Shown here piece after piece: positions 60,905 to 64,000 of a DNA stretch of 64,000 bases. Position 1 is the stretch's first letter; every line of letters starts with the position of its first letter. The notes beneath the pieces are model-generated. The model was not told the origin of the DNA, did no database searches, and saw only the letters and a list, made by a program, of their open reading frames with translations. This DNA is from Squalus acanthias (lineage: Eukaryota). The translations under genes were made by a program, and so were the position numbers. Where the stretch lies: the NCBI GenBank assembly GCA_030390025.1, contig CM059432.1, forward strand, positions 26,910,001 through 26,974,000. The letters run 5' to 3'.

Positions 60905-63815
60905 TTTTTTTTAATTCGTTCCGGGATGTGGGCGTCGCTGGCAACGCCAGCATTGATTGCCCATCCCTAATTGCCCTTGAGGAGGTGGTGGTGAGCCGTC
61001 GCCTTGAAGAGCTGCAGTGCTGTTAGGGAGGGAGTTCCAGAATTTTGACTCAGCGATGATGAAGGAACGGTGATATATTTCCAAGTCAGGTTGGTGTGTA
61101 ACTTGGAGGGGAACTTGGAGGTGGTGGTGTTCCCATGCGCCTGCTGCCCTTGTCCTTCTAGGTGGAAGAGGTCACAGGTTTGGGAAGAAGCCTTGGCGAG
61201 TTGCTGCAATGCATCTTGTAGATGGTGCATACTGCAGCCACGGTGCACCAGTGGTGGAGGGAGTGAATGTTGAAGGTGGTGGATGGGGTGCCAATCAAAT
61301 GGGCTGCTTTGTCCTGGATGGTGTCGAGCTTCTTGAGTGTTGTTGGAGCTGCACTCATCCAGGCAAGTGGAGAGTATTCCATCACACTCCTGATTTGTGC
61401 CTTGTAGATGGTGGAAAGCCTTTGGGGAGTCAGGAGGTGAAACACTCGCCGCAGAATACCCAGCCTCTGACCCGCTCTTGTTGCCACTGTTTTTATGTGG
61501 CCGGTACAGTTAAGTTTCTGGTCAATGGTGACCCCTAGGATGTTGATGGTGGGGGATTCGGCGATGGTAATGCCGTTGAATGTCAAGGGGCGGTGGTTAG
61601 ACTCTCGCTTGTTGGAGATAGTCATTGCCTGACACTTAAGTGGCAAGTAATGTTCGCGCCACACATTAGCCCAAACCTGAATGTTGTCCAGGTCTTGCTG
61701 CATGCGGGCATGGACTGCTTCATTTTCTGAGGAGTTGCGAATGGAACTGAACACTGTGCAATCATCAGCGAACATCCCTACTTCTGACCTTATGTTGGAG
61801 GGAAAGCCATTGATGAAGCAGCTAAACATGGTTGGGCCTAGGACACTGCCCTGAGGAACTCCTGCAGCGATGTCCCGGCGCTGAGATGATTGACTTCCAA
61901 CAATCACAACCTTCTTCCTTTGTGCTAGGTATGACTCCAGCCAGTGGAGAGCTTTCCCCCTAATTCCCATTGACTTCAATTTTACTCGGGCTCCTTGATG
62001 CCACACTCAGTTAAATGCTGCCTTGATGTCAAGGGCAGTCACTCTCACCTCACCTCTGGAATTCAGCTCTTTTGTCCATGTTTGGACCAAGGCTGTAATG
62101 AGGTCTGGAGTCGAGTGATCCTGGCGGAACCCAAACTGAGCGTCGGTGAGCAGGTTCTGGTGAGTAAGTGCTGGTTGATAGCACTGTCGACGGCATCTTC
62201 CATCACTTTGCTGATGATTGGGAGTAGACTGATGAGGCGGTAATTGGCTGGATTTGTTTTGCTTATTGTGGACAGGACATACCTGGGCAGGTTTCCACAT
62301 TGTTGGATAGATGCCAGTGTTTTAGCTGTACTGGAACAGCTTGGCTAGAGGCGCGACTAGCTCTGGAGCACAAGTCTTCAGCACGACAGCCGGGATGTTG
62401 TCGGGGCCAATAGCCTTTGCTGTATCCAGTGCGCTCAGCCGCTTCTTGATATCACGTGGAGTGAATCGAATTGGCTGAAGACTGGCTTCTGTGATGGTGG
62501 GGACCTCAGGAGGAGGCCGATATGGATCATCCACTCGGCACTTCTGGTTGAAGATGGTTGCAAACGCTTCAGCTTTGTCTTTTGCACTCACTTGCTGTGC
62601 TCAGCCATCATTGAGGATGGGAATATTCACGGAGCCTCCTCCTCCCATTAGTTGTTTAATTGTCCACCACCATTCACAACTGGATGTGGCAGGACTGCAG
62701 AGCTTTGATCTGATCTGTTGATTGTGGGATCGCTTAGCTCTGTCTATAGCATGCTGCTTTCGCTGTTTAGCATGCATGTAGTCCCGTGTTGCAGCTTCCC
62801 CAGGTTGGCACCTCATTTTTAGGTACGCCAGGTGCTGTTCCTGGCATGCTCTTCTACACTCCTCATTGAACCAGGGTTGGTCCCCTGGCTTAATGGTAAT
62901 GGTAGAGTGAGGGATATGCCTGGCCATGAGGTTACAGATTGTGGTGGAATACAATTCTGATGGCCCACAGCGCCTCATGGATGCCCAGTTTTGAGCTGCT
63001 AGATCTGTTCTGAATCTATCCCATTTAGCACGGTGGTAGTGCCACACAACACATTGGAGGGTGTCCTCAATGTGAAGAACGGACTTCGTCTCCGCAAGGA
63101 CTGTGCGGTGTTTACCAATGCTGTCATGGACAGATGCATTTGCGACAAGATGAGGTCACGTAGGTTTTTCCCTTGTGTTGGTTCTCTCACCACCTGCCGC
63201 AGGCTCAGTCTGCCAGCTATCTCCTTCAGGACTCGTTCAGTAGTGGTGCTACCGAGCCACTCTTGGTGATGGACATTGAAGTCCCCCACCCAGAGTACAT
63301 TCTGTGCCCTTGCTACCCTCAGTGCTTCTTCCAAGTGGTGTTCAACATGGAGGAGTACTGATTCATCAGCTAAGGGAGGGCAGTAGGTGGTAATCAGCAG
63401 GAGGTTTCCTTACCCATGCTTGACCTGAAGTCATGAGACTTCACTGTTCACTATACTTCCAAGTTTTGAGACACGGGGAAAGGACAGGGAAGTGGGACGA
63501 GCTGAAGTGCTCTTGCAGAGAGCTGGCACTAGTTGAATGGCCTCCTTCTGTGCTGTAACCATTCTATGACTTCATGGGGTCCGGAGTCAATGTTGAGGAC
63601 TCCCAGGGTAAGTCCCTTCTGACTGTATACCACTGTACCGCCACCTCTGGTGGGTCTGTCCTGCCGGTGGGACAGGACATACCCAGGGATTGTGATGGAG
63701 GAGTCTGGGACATTGGCTGAAAGGTATGATTCTGTGAGTAGGACTATGTCAGGCTGTTGCTTGACTAGTCTGTGAGACAGCTCTCCCAATTTTGGCACAA
63801 GTCCCCTGATGTTAG
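60905..63815 (-). mobile_element. LINE-B with nearly complete ORF2 (APE endonuclease and RT), frameshifted
   Basis: PDIVLLTES..DRPTRGGG, VGDFNVHH, GPDNIP, QFGFR, LDIKAAF, GVPQGSVLGP and FADDCT. Confidence 0.93.
63444..63567 (+). mobile_element. Short CR1 insertion with an inverted 5' segment
   Basis: TSD GACTTCA at 63437-63443 and 63568-63574; ends ..CCATTCTAT. Confidence 0.8.
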
Positions 63816-64000
63816 TTCTTCTTCTTAGGCAGTTCCTCGGAACCGAGGATGACTTGCTTCCACATTAAAAATGAGTTCTCAGGTGACTGATGAGTCTTAT
63901 GCGGGACCTACAGTCTCTGTCACAGGTGGGGCAGACGGTGGTTGAAGGGACGGGTGCTTGGGTTGGCGTGCGCTCCTTGCGCTTGGCTTCCGCTTGCTCC
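63816..64000 (-). mobile_element. RTE-clade LINE 3' end
   Basis: Minus strand encodes PSTTVCPTCDRDCRSRIRLISHLRTH (C2H2), then a short UTR and (GAA)n tail. Confidence 0.8.

Overview
Non-coding, repeat-dominated vertebrate DNA; the repeat repertoire points to a cartilaginous fish (shark), which is an inference. No host protein-coding exon could be supported, and every long ORF I could identify is a decayed retrotransposon frame: CR1, a second CR1/L2-group LINE ('LINE-B'), L2, Penelope-like or RTE. Two items stand out. (1) A miR-30 family precursor at ~4960-5045 (+) in a TE-poor island, with a miR-30b-identical 5p arm, a 3p arm closer to miR-30c-2-3p, and all three Microprocessor motifs in place. 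(2) A ~14.4 kb array of a 15-17 bp unit (CCCGATCACCAACCCT and variants, 43919-58310) with nested higher-order duplications of 334, 752, 1727 and ~3706-3733 bp. The array lies next to an inverted copy of its own unit, inside a MITE-like element that is itself inserted between 64-bp inverted repeats. The rest is nested LINEs, three SINE-like families and hAT- or Harbinger-type MITEs, several with readable target-site duplications (TSDs). I found no clearly new protein-coding system. Family names and reference miRNA sequences come from memory, not database searches, and boundaries of degraded elements are approximate.
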